Below, in pieces: positions 1 through 9,017 of a stretch of 64,000 nt of DNA (its first letter is position 1; every line of letters starts with the position of its first letter). A model generated the notes under the pieces. It made no database searches. It was not told the origin of the DNA and was given only the letters and a program-made list of their open reading frames with translations. The DNA comes from Candidatus Omnitrophota bacterium (GTDB lineage: Bacteria; Omnitrophota; Gorgyraeia; JABMRN01; RBG-13-46-9): assembly GCA_020346285.1 (NCBI GenBank), contig CP070780.1, positions 1,113,021 to 1,177,020 of the forward strand, in the 5' to 3' direction. The translations under genes and the position numbers were made by a program.

Positions 1-1
1 G

Positions 2-481
2 AATAAACGTAGCTGGTTTTATGAGATTGTAACCGAAGGATATAGATACCACATGAGCAATATAAATGCAAGCATCGGTATTGCACAATTTAAAAAATTC
101 GAGAAATTTATAGAAAAGAAAAAGCGTATTGTTAAAGAGTACGACGATTTTTTTAAATATGTAAAGGGCATAGAACTTTTGCGTAGAAATTATACTGAAA
201 GCGCACCGTTTAATTATACGATAAGGGTTTCTGGTTCGAATAGAGAAAATATCAGGGATAGGTTTATAGGTTATATGGCAAAGAGGGGCATATCAATAGG
301 CATAAATTATATACCCAATCACATTCAGCCATTTTTCAGAAGATTCCGAAAAAGACTGCCTGTTACAGAAAAGGTCTGGAAAGAAATCGTATCCCTGCCG
401 CTTTATTACGATATGACGAAGGCTGAACTGAAAAAAGTGGAGTATTCTGTTAAAAGATTTATGGAAGGTAAAAGAAAATGA
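2..481 (+). CDS. DegT/DnrJ/EryC1/StrS family PLP sugar aminotransferase, 5'-truncated by the window edge
   Basis: Frame is open from position 2 (NKRSWFYEIVTEGYRYHMSNINASIG); GYRYHMSN and SLPLY are DegT C-terminal motifs. Confidence 0.85.
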   Translation, partial: NKRSWFYEIVTEGYRYHMSNINASIGIAQFKKFEKFIEKKKRIVKEYDDFFKYVKGIELLRRNYTESAPFNYTIRVSGSNRENIRDRFIGYMAKRGISIGINYIPNHIQPFFRRFRKRLPVTEKVWKEIVSLPLYYDMTKAELKKVEYSVKRFMEGKRK

Positions 482-1563
482 AAGTGCTTTTCATACCATA
501 CGGCACAGTAAAGGCGCCGGCGACACGTTACAGGGTTACGCAGTACCTTCCACATCTCGAGAGAGGGGGAATCGATTATTTTGTATTTTCAGCGATTTCG
601 AAGCTTTCGACTTCGTTTATGATTAAATCTCCCGATTTTGCGCCGCCCTTAAGATTTCTATATTATGTATATGTATCTATGGAAAGGGTATTTCGTTTTC
701 TGGCAATACTCTTTATTTCGAGGGGATTCGACATAATCTTTTTGCAGAGAACCACTTTTCCCCTTCGATTGGAGATGTTGCTCTCGATGGCGAATAACAA
801 TATCATCTTCGATATAGACGATGCCATATATTTACCTGATAGGGAGGGGGATGATTTTCTAACCCGCATAAAAAAATATATTAAAAAAAGCGAAGTAATA
901 AATATACTTAGGATATCCAGAATTGTCATTGTGGAAAACGAATATATAAAAAAATTTGTATCGCAATATTGTAAGGAAATCTTGAAATTACCGGGTCCTA
1001 TTGATACCGAGCGGTTTTTTATTCGCAATAAAGAAAACCTTGATGAGGTTGTTATCGGCTGGATAGGCTCTCCGGCCACAACCTTTTACCTTCACATGCT
1101 GGATAATATATTTGGAGATATTAAACAAAAATATGATTTTGTGAAGTTCAGATTTATAGGCCTGGGAAAGTATAAAAATCCTCCAGTAGAATTCGAAAGA
1201 ATAGACTGGAGCTCTGAAACAGAGGTCACGAATCTGCAGAGTTTTGATATAGGTATTATGCCGATGCCCGATAACGAATGGACAAGGGGTAAGCTCGGCT
1301 GTAAAATGCTCCAGTATATGGCGGTAGGTATACCGGCAGTTGTCTCTTTTACTCCGACTAATGCCGAAATAATAAATGACGGTGAAAATGGATTTTTTGT
1401 TACTAAAGAAGATGAATGGATGCGTATATTGTCTATGCTGATAGAGGATGCCTCTCTCAGAAGCAGAATAGGAAAGAAGGGGAGGGGTACCATCCAGGAG
1501 TTATGTTCGCTTCGGAAAAGCGTAACTCACTTGGTTAAAATATTTGAATCGTTAAAAAGGTAG
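478..1563 (+). CDS. Glycosyltransferase family 4
   Basis: FDIDDAIY, IGWIGS, DIGIMP...GKLGCKMLQYMAVGIPAV, IINDGENGF. Confidence 0.9.
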   Translation: MKVLFIPYGTVKAPATRYRVTQYLPHLERGGIDYFVFSAISKLSTSFMIKSPDFAPPLRFLYYVYVSMERVFRFLAILFISRGFDIIFLQRTTFPLRLEMLLSMANNNIIFDIDDAIYLPDREGDDFLTRIKKYIKKSEVINILRISRIVIVENEYIKKFVSQYCKEILKLPGPIDTERFFIRNKENLDEVVIGWIGSPATTFYLHMLDNIFGDIKQKYDFVKFRFIGLGKYKNPPVEFERIDWSSETEVTNLQSFDIGIMPMPDNEWTRGKLGCKMLQYMAVGIPAVVSFTPTNAEIINDGENGFFVTKEDEWMRILSMLIEDASLRSRIGKKGRGTIQELCSLRKSVTHLVKIFESLKR

Positions 1564-1602
1564 GATCACAAATCGGATCATTTTTTATAATCAAATTATT
1601 TT

Positions 1603-3039
1603 TTATAATCCGATTATGGCAGAAAAGCCATCTATCTGTCCTTTTAATTGATGCAACGTCCTGATAGAGAAGAGCCTCTGCAGAATATAGCCCAATCTGA
1701 AATAAAATCTCCTGGTTGCCTTATCTAAAAAGTCAGAAAATTCGTTTTGTTTCATACCGGGATTAATATAATAAATTTGTTTATGGTCAAGTATTGTACT
1801 TTTTGAAAAATCAAAAACATGCCCTTCCCGGGTTAGTATTTCGTATAATTCCGTACCTGGCAGGGGTGTGAATTTGTTGAAGTGGGCGTAATCCAGTTTC
1901 ATATCAATCGCAAAGCGTAGAGTTTTCTCTAGGCTTTCCCATGTCTCGCCGGGGGTACCGACAATAAAATCCCCCCTTACTTCAAGTCCGGCTTCTTTCG
2001 TCAGGAGGACAGCCCTTTTATTCATTGCTACAGTATTACCTTTTTTGAGAAGTTTGAGCATTCTGTCATCACCCGACTCAAAGCCGTACAAAACCTGCCA
2101 GCACCCAGCCCGTTTCATATGGTTTAGAAGGGGGCTATCTACACACGCGCATTTTGTAAGGCAGGTCCAAGAAATCTTGAGGCGCCTTTTCTCGAATTCA
2201 TCGCAGATCTCGTGCACTCTTTTTTTATTCAGTGTAAACGTGTCGTCAAAAAATCTGATTTCCCTCACCCCGTATTTCGAGACGACGTCTTCGATTTCCC
2301 GGAAGATATTAGAGACGCTTCTCATTCTGCAAAGCTTGCCGAATATTTTCCTGTCGCAAAAAGTACATTGCGACGGACAACCGCGGCTTGTCATGATGAC
2401 GACATATGGTACCCTGCGGCAGGATGCCGGGGTCGGCTTGTAAAATTTGGGATGGGGCAACAGGTGCCTTGCCGGCATCGGTATCGAATCCAAATCTTCA
2501 ATAAAAGCCCGATCTTTATTCCGGTGGATGTTATCGCCGTCTTTATAGATAATTCCGTGAACCTTGTCTAAATTCTCAAACTTTCTGTTTTTATAGTTCT
2601 TAAAAAGCTCTTCAACGGTTGACTCACCTTCGCCGGTTATTCCTATGTCAAAGAGACCGGTTTGCATCGTTTCTTTAGGCAAAGCTGTTACGTGGGCGCC
2701 CCCGATCAGGATTTTTGTTGCCGGGAGCTTTTCTCGGATAAATTTAGCCAGCTTCTCGGCTTTTATGAATGCAGGGGTAGTAGAAGTGATGCCGATGACG
2801 TCGGGAGATGTTTTCAATACCACCTTAAAAAGATCGTCGAAGGGGATTCCTATCGCGCAGTCAATAAGCCTTACTTCTATGCCGATTTTTTCTAAGATCG
2901 CCGCGATGTACGCAATTCCGAGAGGCGGCACGATATTGATAACTTTTTTTACGCTCTTTGTTTTTCCGACAGACTCTTCCTCTTGCTCAAAAGGGGGATT
3001 GATCAGCAATACCTTCGGCATGATATTTATTTTACTCAT
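1603..3039 (-). CDS. Cobalamin-binding radical SAM enzyme (class B methyltransferase-like)
   Basis: N-terminal PPLGIAY/GGAH/GEGE cobalamin-binding domain; RGCPSQCTFC motif; FFDDTF; GFESG. Confidence 0.9.
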   Translation of the reverse strand: MSKINIMPKVLLINPPFEQEEESVGKTKSVKKVINIVPPLGIAYIAAILEKIGIEVRLIDCAIGIPFDDLFKVVLKTSPDVIGITSTTPAFIKAEKLAKFIREKLPATKILIGGAHVTALPKETMQTGLFDIGITGEGESTVEELFKNYKNRKFENLDKVHGIIYKDGDNIHRNKDRAFIEDLDSIPMPARHLLPHPKFYKPTPASCRRVPYVVIMTSRGCPSQCTFCDRKIFGKLCRMRSVSNIFREIEDVVSKYGVREIRFFDDTFTLNKKRVHEICDEFEKRRLKISWTCLTKCACVDSPLLNHMKRAGCWQVLYGFESGDDRMLKLLKKGNTVAMNKRAVLLTKEAGLEVRGDFIVGTPGETWESLEKTLRFAIDMKLDYAHFNKFTPLPGTELYEILTREGHVFDFSKSTILDHKQIYYINPGMKQNEFSDFLDKATRRFYFRLGYILQRLFSIRTLHQLKGQIDGFSAIIGL

Positions 3040-3775
3040 TCTGCCACGATATTAACAACCGAATGGTAGTGGCGATATATTTCCATCCGCGTTTACAATA
3101 GTCGCCAAGACTGGAGCCTGTCTTTGAATAGCCACCTCTTCTCGAAGCCCAGACATATGGGATTTCAACTACCCGATAGTTTAATTTTAGGACGCGATAA
3201 ATAAAATCGATAAAGTATTCACCATAATCACCCTTCAATTCAATCCTGTCAAAAATTTCTTTACGTGCCACTACAAAACCGCTGGTGTAATCCTTAAATC
3301 TATGGTCAAGGCAGATCTGCGTGAATAAATTCATGAGTCTACTTAATGCTACTGCTAAAGGAGTATTTGCGGGATCCGTTTTTTCGCCTATCCAATTACC
3401 TCCTAAAACAAACCGGGAGCCGACAGCCACGTCATGGCCCGCATTTATAAGGGACAAAAGTACGGGAAGATATTTCGGGGGCATTGAAAAATCACAGTCC
3501 ATCCAACCTATCGCGTCCCCCGAAGCCAACTCTATGCCCCTTTTTATGCTATTTGTCAAACCATGGCTTTCTTGCCTTACTTCAAGCTTCAAAAAGGGAT
3601 ATTTACCAGTTTTAATCATATTTTCAACAATACCAGCCGTGCCGTCAGGGGAATCGTCATCGACGACTATTATTTCATGCACGTCTTGCAGGGCGTCTTT
3701 TATGGCGTCTATTAAGGGGTGAATATTTTCGGCTTCATTTAATGCAGGCAGGATGACTGATAATCGTTTTTTCAT
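3032..3775 (-). CDS. GT2 polyprenol-phosphate glycosyltransferase (DPM1-like)
   Basis: ILPALNEAEN, VDDDSPDGT, MDCDFS, GSRF, DYTSGF, RRGGYSK. Confidence 0.85.
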   Translation of the reverse strand: MKKRLSVILPALNEAENIHPLIDAIKDALQDVHEIIVVDDDSPDGTAGIVENMIKTGKYPFLKLEVRQESHGLTNSIKRGIELASGDAIGWMDCDFSMPPKYLPVLLSLINAGHDVAVGSRFVLGGNWIGEKTDPANTPLAVALSRLMNLFTQICLDHRFKDYTSGFVVARKEIFDRIELKGDYGEYFIDFIYRVLKLNYRVVEIPYVWASRRGGYSKTGSSLGDYCKRGWKYIATTIRLLISWQNE

Positions 3776-5001
3776 TGGAGCAATCCTTTTAATACATGAG
3801 AGACTTCTTTTATCTCGGTGTCTTTGATTGCCTGGCCGCTGGGAAGGTAAAAACCGCTTCTGGCGATTTTTTCCGTCACAGGGTAAGACTCGCCTTTAAA
3901 ATACCCATCCTTACGGAATAGAGGCTGCTCATGAATTCCGATAAAGAAAGGCCTTGTCTGAATGCCGCGTTCCGCCAATCTTTGCATTATTTTATATGAG
4001 GGCCAATTCTTGTGTTTCTCGGGAGTTATGTGAACCCAGCCTTTTTCAAAATATGATTGGTTTTTTTTATCTTCGTGAAGAAGAACGCTATACATCCAGA
4101 TGACATTTTTAGCCCACTTATGTTCTACAGGCAGCTGAAGAGATAAACCGTTCAGGCCTTCGGAATATTTTTTTGCCATATCGAGTTTACGTTCAATTGT
4201 TCTATCGAGGTGTTCCAATTGGGCGAGTCCGATAGCAGCCTGGATATTTGTCATCCGGTAATTATGGCCTAACTCATGATGTAAAAATCTCGGGGTTTTC
4301 AGAAAACAAAGGTTTCTATGCTTACGTAGACGCCGGACAATTGCCTCGTCAGAGGTTAAAACCATGCCTCCTTCACCGGTTGTTATATTTTTGTTGGCAT
4401 AGAACGAAAAGCATGAAAGCTCGCCGAAACTGCCGCATTTCCGCCAGTAGGCGGTTGCCCCATCCTTAGAGCCCTTGCAGGCATCTTTTTTTGCGGCCTT
4501 TGACGGCCTGGTGCTCAGATATTCCCCGCCATGCGCTTCGGCGGCATCCTCAATAATGATAAGGCCGTGTTTTTCCGCGATAGCTATTATGGGGTCCATA
4601 TCGCAAGGGTGCCCGTAAATATGCACGGGCATAATCGCGACTGTGCGTTCCGTAATTTTCTCTTCTATCTGGCCAACATCCATGCAGTAGGTTTCAGGAT
4701 TACAGTCAATGGGTACGGGCACACATCCATTTTTCACTATGGCCTGCGCGCAGGAAATAATAGTAAAGCTGGGTAAAATTATTTCACTTCCCTTGGGAAA
4801 ATTGCAGACCTCAACGGCCAATTCCAGTGCCACGGTTCCGTTCGAAACACCGACACCGTATTTCTGTCCGCAATACTGCGCCCATTCCGTTTCAAAACGC
4901 TCTAGATAATTGCCGGAAGAAGAAATCCAGCTTGTTTTAACGCAATCGGATACGTATTTTAGTTCATTTCCCGACATTAAAGGTTCGTTTACGGGGATAA
5001 T
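3772..5001 (-). CDS. DegT-family aminotransferase, perosamine synthase-like; probable ATT start at 5001 (ORF track starts at 4977)
   Basis: IPVNEP N-terminus in frame upstream of the tracked ATG; NGTVAL, EDAAEAHG, SFYANKNITTGEGG, NYRMTN. Confidence 0.85.
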   Translation of the reverse strand: MIPVNEPLMSGNELKYVSDCVKTSWISSSGNYLERFETEWAQYCGQKYGVGVSNGTVALELAVEVCNFPKGSEIILPSFTIISCAQAIVKNGCVPVPIDCNPETYCMDVGQIEEKITERTVAIMPVHIYGHPCDMDPIIAIAEKHGLIIIEDAAEAHGGEYLSTRPSKAAKKDACKGSKDGATAYWRKCGSFGELSCFSFYANKNITTGEGGMVLTSDEAIVRRLRKHRNLCFLKTPRFLHHELGHNYRMTNIQAAIGLAQLEHLDRTIERKLDMAKKYSEGLNGLSLQLPVEHKWAKNVIWMYSVLLHEDKKNQSYFEKGWVHITPEKHKNWPSYKIMQRLAERGIQTRPFFIGIHEQPLFRKDGYFKGESYPVTEKIARSGFYLPSGQAIKDTEIKEVSHVLKGLLQ

Positions 5002-5017
5002 ATTTAGTCTCCCTTGT

Positions 5018-5046
5018 CCCGTTAGACACGAATAGTGTCTAACGGG
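5018..5046. repeat. Perfect 12-bp inverted repeat (REP-like palindrome)
   Basis: CCCGTTAGACAC-GAATA-GTGTCTAACGGG; contains the stop codon of the 5039-5476 gene. Confidence 0.8.
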
Positions 5047-5476
5047 GCTTAATTTTCCGTTTTGTTAAAGTAGACGAAAACCTCTCTTTTTCCTGAACAC
5101 CAATATACGGGCCTTGCTTTATCTCCAAGAATATACTGCGTTCATGGAAATGGAAACCGTGGCCCCCGGAAACAAGTATAAGGACATCGCCGGGAAAAAG
5201 TTCGCGGCTTTCTGTATAGTTCTTTTTCTGCGAATAAAAGTCGACGCGGACATGCCCGTTTCTAAGAATTAAAACCTCGGAGGTGCCTTTAATGTTGCGT
5301 GGCATTTCATGATGAATATGGGGTTCGATATCCTTATTCGCGTCGTAAACAATAAAACCCACCTGCTGTTTAAACGTTTCAGGCGTAATGAATTCCGTCT
5401 TCTCCGGATTGTAATTTGCCCTGATAATAAGGGCTAAGAGCTCGCCGTTATGTTCTATTTGCTCTTTTATGCCCAT
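5039..5476 (-). CDS. Cupin-fold protein of sugar-biosynthesis loci
   Basis: IEPHIH...SEVL and GGHGF...EIKQGPY cupin motifs. Confidence 0.75.
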   Translation of the reverse strand: MGIKEQIEHNGELLALIIRANYNPEKTEFITPETFKQQVGFIVYDANKDIEPHIHHEMPRNIKGTSEVLILRNGHVRVDFYSQKKNYTESRELFPGDVLILVSGGHGFHFHERSIFLEIKQGPYIGVQEKERFSSTLTKRKIKPR

Positions 5477-5641
5477 TATAAACCCCTATCTCGTGAACTC
5501 TTCTTAAGAGGAGATATCATACCTAAACCTTATTTAATAACATAAAATAACGATTTAATCAAGCGAATTTTTAAGAATTCACTTGAAAAAAACCGGGAAA
5601 AAGAAAGGAAGTAGAAGCAATATTAAAATTTGCAATAATGA

Positions 5642-5670
5642 TTGACAACAGAAACATTGTATGCTATAGT
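5642..5670 (+). promoter_or_regulatory. Sigma70-type promoter with extended -10
   Basis: TTGACA (5642-5647), 17-nt spacer, TG-n-TATAGT (5662-5670), upstream of the regulator gene. Confidence 0.8.
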
Positions 5671-5672
5671 TT

Positions 5673-5690
5673 GTTTAGAACGTTTTAAAC
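5673..5690. promoter_or_regulatory. Putative operator over the transcription start
   Basis: GTTTAGAACGTTTTAAAC, a 16/18 palindrome 2 nt downstream of the -10 box. Confidence 0.6.
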
Positions 5691-5758
5691 GATGTGAATA
5701 TCTACAAACACGTAGAAAATTATGAGTGAAAAAGTGGAAAAAGAACGAGGAGAAAGTT

Positions 5759-6313
5759 ATGAGTGAAGAATTGGAAAAAGCCCAGGATATACTTTTGGGC
5801 AAGGTGAACCAACTATGCGCTAAATTCGGGCTCAATAATGTAATGGCCCAACTTTACATCGTACTATACTTACAGGGTAAGTCCATGTCGCTTGATGCCA
5901 TGGTTGAGCGGCTTAAGATTAGCAAGGGAAGCGTAAGCGTCAATATAAGGGCCCTTGAAAGATACGGTGCTGTAAGAAAAGTATGGGTTAAAGGCTCCAG
6001 GAAAGACTTTTATGAGGTAGAGACAGATATTTCCAGGCTAATAATAGAGAGAGTCAAGTCAATGATACAGGGTCGACTATCTGAAGTGAAGGAAGCGATA
6101 GATGCTTCGCATCGAGCGCTTAACTCCATTAAACCTGTAGATAAAGAAGAAAGGGAGTCTATAAAGGTATTTAACGAAAGGTTAAATCAGCTGAATAAAG
6201 TTCAGAACAAAGCCCGGGGCCTCTTTAATCTATTTAATTCGAGTTTTCTCAACAAAGCGATAGGCCTTAAAACCAAGAGAAATAATAAAGAAGAAATGGT
6301 TGAAATTCATTGA
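5759..6313 (+). CDS. GbsR/MarR family transcriptional regulator
   Basis: FGLNNVMAQLY, MSLD...LKISKGSVS helix-turn-helix, VRKVWVKGSRKDFY wing; ATG 5759 follows a GAGGAG SD. Confidence 0.85.
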   Translation: MSEELEKAQDILLGKVNQLCAKFGLNNVMAQLYIVLYLQGKSMSLDAMVERLKISKGSVSVNIRALERYGAVRKVWVKGSRKDFYEVETDISRLIIERVKSMIQGRLSEVKEAIDASHRALNSIKPVDKEERESIKVFNERLNQLNKVQNKARGLFNLFNSSFLNKAIGLKTKRNNKEEMVEIH

Positions 6314-6326
6314 AAAGATAGAATTT

Positions 6327-7307
6327 ATGAAATTTACAATAGGTTTTGAGAAAGAAGATACGAAAAAACTCCATAAAATGTGGGATGAAATCATAAAAAC
6401 GCACAAATGGTCAGAAGGAAAGTTTACTCAAATGTTTGAGGAAAGATGGAATGCCTGTAACGATGCGGATTCCGTGGCCTTTTCAAGCTGGGGAGGTGCC
6501 GCATTGGCTGTGTTGGAGTTTTTTAATGTGAAGGGAAAAACAGTGCTTTGTCCCGCCAACACATTTATGGCCACGCCTCTCAGTATCATGAAAGCAGGGG
6601 GTAAGGTTCAATTTGTGGATTGCAATAAGAATGACCTTTGTATGAGCGCGGAAGATTTAAAAGAAAAAATAAATAAATATAATCCATTTGCCGTATTTAT
6701 AGTACATATTGGAGGGCATATAGCATTCCAGATAGAGGAAATAGCAAAATTATGCAAAGAAAAAGGCATTATATTGATTGAAGATTGCGCGCATAGCCAT
6801 GGCGCTTCCTGGAGGGGTCGAAAAGCGGGCACATGGGGGAATGCCGGTATATATTCTTTTTATTCCACAAAAACCATTTCCACAGGCGAAGGCGGCATGC
6901 TGGTTACCAGAAACAAGGATCTTCTAAATTACGCCAAAAAATACAGAAATTACGGAAAATTCGAATACGAAGTAGAGGGCTTAAATTACAGAATGAATGA
7001 GTTTACCGCAGCGGTCGGCTGCGTCCAGGTCAATAGATTGGATGAAATCGTTGATTGGAAAAATGCATACGCCAGAAAATATCTGGACCCCGAATATCCC
7101 AACAGAGTCAATTTTCCTGAAGGAATGAAATCCGGCTATTATAAGTATATCGTATTCGATGAAATTGAGAAATCCACGGGAAAGGTATACGATAAACCCT
7201 GCCATCGAATATTGAAAAAGAGCGATAGTCTGCCGAATACCGATTGGATCGCAAAGAATCATTGGTGTGTTCCCATTTATTACAAGGGTTCTTCTACGCC
7301 AAAGTAG
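6327..7307 (+). CDS. DegT-family PLP aminotransferase (short form)
   Basis: PANTFMAT, EDCAHSHG, SFYSTKTISTGEGG, NYRMNE; start uncertain (6300 TTG or 6327 ATG). Confidence 0.85.
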   Translation: MKFTIGFEKEDTKKLHKMWDEIIKTHKWSEGKFTQMFEERWNACNDADSVAFSSWGGAALAVLEFFNVKGKTVLCPANTFMATPLSIMKAGGKVQFVDCNKNDLCMSAEDLKEKINKYNPFAVFIVHIGGHIAFQIEEIAKLCKEKGIILIEDCAHSHGASWRGRKAGTWGNAGIYSFYSTKTISTGEGGMLVTRNKDLLNYAKKYRNYGKFEYEVEGLNYRMNEFTAAVGCVQVNRLDEIVDWKNAYARKYLDPEYPNRVNFPEGMKSGYYKYIVFDEIEKSTGKVYDKPCHRILKKSDSLPNTDWIAKNHWCVPIYYKGSSTPK

Positions 7308-7383
7308 AATTTCACAGTAGCTGTGCTTCGAAGAATTCTACGAAGCATAGCATCAATGAAATTTCTACTGTGGCGAAGTAGAA
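7292..7383. repeat. About 92-bp imperfect inverted repeat (MITE/REP-like hairpin)
   Basis: Left arm TTCTACGCCAAAGTAGAATTTCACAGTAGCTGTGCTTCGAAGAA pairs with right arm TTCTACGAAGCATAGCATCAATGAAATTTCTACTGTGGCGAAGTAGAA. Confidence 0.8.
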
Positions 7384-7394
7384 AGGGAGGAAAA

Positions 7395-8345
7395 GTGAAA
7401 GTACTGGTTACAGGCGGAAGCGGTTTTATTGGCTCTCATGTTGTAGAAAAATTGTTGGATAGAGGGATAAGGGTAAGGATTTATGACCTTATGTACCCCG
7501 ATTTTTTAGAAAGTCTCGCGGAGGGCAAAAGAAAAATGGTGGAATATTATCAGGGAAGCCTGCTGGAAGAAGACAGAATCAGACTGGCCCTATCAGGGAT
7601 GGATGCCATTTTTCACCTGGCCGCTGTAGCGGATGTGAATGATGTAGCAAGCGAACCCCGATACGCAGAAAATATAAACATGAAAGGGACTTTTAACATA
7701 CTTGAAGCGGCGCGCTTTACAAAGGTAAAAAGGGTTATTTTTGCAAGCACGGTCTGGGTGTACCAGGATACCCCGCAAGAAGAGAAAATCTTGACGGAAG
7801 ATTCTCCTATTTCGCTTCCTTCTCATTTTTATACCGCGACAAAATTTGCAGGGGAAGCAAATTGCACTTCTTATTCAAAACTTTTTAATGTCCCTTTTAC
7901 TATTTTAAGATTCGGTATCCCCTACGGGCCAAGAGCAAGGGGTACCACCGTCGGCGCGATTTTTGTGGATAAAGCCTTAAAGGGTGAACCACTTACTATT
8001 GCAGGAGACGGGAGCCAATATCGAAAATTTGTTTATGTAGAGGATCTGGCCGAGGGTTGCATATTGGCTTTAAAAAGTATCGCCAGAAATAAAATTTATA
8101 ATTTAGAAGGCGATAAGAAAATCACGATCAAACAAATAGCAGAGACCATAAAAGAGATATTGGGCGAGGCCAAGATTGTCTATATCGCAGACAGGAAAGG
8201 TGATTTTTCCGGAAAAGAGATTTCGAACGAAAAAGCAAAAAAAGAGTTAGGCTGGTATCCGCGAGTTTCTTTTAAAGAGGGTTTAACGGAATATATCGAA
8301 TGGTATAAGAGTGTTCTGAAAGATACCGCAGAAATAGAAATATAA
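7395..8345 (+). CDS. NAD-dependent epimerase/dehydratase (extended SDR)
   Basis: GGSGFIG, HLAA, YTATK, YGP; GTG 7395 follows an AAGGGAGG SD (tracked start 7323 lies inside the hairpin). Confidence 0.9.
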   Translation: MKVLVTGGSGFIGSHVVEKLLDRGIRVRIYDLMYPDFLESLAEGKRKMVEYYQGSLLEEDRIRLALSGMDAIFHLAAVADVNDVASEPRYAENINMKGTFNILEAARFTKVKRVIFASTVWVYQDTPQEEKILTEDSPISLPSHFYTATKFAGEANCTSYSKLFNVPFTILRFGIPYGPRARGTTVGAIFVDKALKGEPLTIAGDGSQYRKFVYVEDLAEGCILALKSIARNKIYNLEGDKKITIKQIAETIKEILGEAKIVYIADRKGDFSGKEISNEKAKKELGWYPRVSFKEGLTEYIEWYKSVLKDTAEIEI

Positions 8346-8348
8346 TTA

Positions 8349-9017
8349 ATGAAAAAAATTTTAATTATTGCCCCGCACATGGACGATGAAGTTCTTGGAT
8401 GCGGCGGCACGATATTAAGGTATACCGAAGAGAAGAAGGATGTCTTTATATGTTTTATAGCCAATAGAGCGTACCGTCACCGAATTGATAAAAATAAAAA
8501 CAGAATTCAGAAAAAACATACGCTTCTCGCAAAAAGGATTTTAGGCTATAAAGAAGCGGTATTTTATGAATTAAACGACGAACGGCTCGATATATCGGTT
8601 CAGGACATAATAATTTTGCTTGAATGCTATGTGAACAAGATACAGCCTGGCGCGGTGTACATCCCCTTTATGGGCGATAACAATCAGGACCATAGGGCAG
8701 TTTTTGATGCGGCAAGGGTTGCATTGAGGCCTGCCGCGACACCTTTTGTAAATAGTGTATATATGTATGAAATCCCGTCTTCAACAGAACAGTCACCCCC
8801 CTTAAAAGAAAGCGCATTTCTTCCAAATTACTATGTAGATATAACTAAGTACATTGACAAAAAGACGAAGGCCTTTAGCTCCTATAAAGACGAAAGACGA
8901 AAATATCCCCATCCCCGTTCCGAAAGGGCTATCAGGGCCCTGGCCCAGAAACGGGGTGTTGAAATAGGATTTAAATATGCGGAGGCCTTCATGGTTTTAA
9001 GGGAGAAAGCTCGATGA
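8349..9017 (+). CDS. PIG-L/LmbE family N-deacetylase
   Basis: APHMDDEVLGCGG, NQDH, YPHPRS, AEAF. Confidence 0.9.
   Translation: MKKILIIAPHMDDEVLGCGGTILRYTEEKKDVFICFIANRAYRHRIDKNKNRIQKKHTLLAKRILGYKEAVFYELNDERLDISVQDIIILLECYVNKIQPGAVYIPFMGDNNQDHRAVFDAARVALRPAATPFVNSVYMYEIPSSTEQSPPLKESAFLPNYYVDITKYIDKKTKAFSSYKDERRKYPHPRSERAIRALAQKRGVEIGFKYAEAFMVLREKAR

Noticed and set aside
1320-1327. GGCGGTAG ops-like sequence
   Set aside because: Lies inside a conserved GT4 coding motif (MAVG), not in an operon leader
1569-1613. AATCGGAT...ATCCGATT and repeated TTTTTTATAATC between convergent genes as a terminator
   Set aside because: Short AT-rich stem with a long loop; too weak to call
5759-6313. Choline-sensing link between the GbsR-like regulator and the LicC-like gene
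   Set aside because: The aromatic choline pocket is not evident and no licA/licB/licD genes are visible
7360-7383. AATTTCTACTGT...GTAGA resembles the Cas12a crRNA repeat stem
   Set aside because: Single copy with a longer loop, part of a larger inverted repeat, with no spacers and no cas genes
7323-7394. Tracked 24-aa N-terminal extension of the epimerase
   Set aside because: It is read through the hairpin; the SD and Rossmann motif point to GTG 7395
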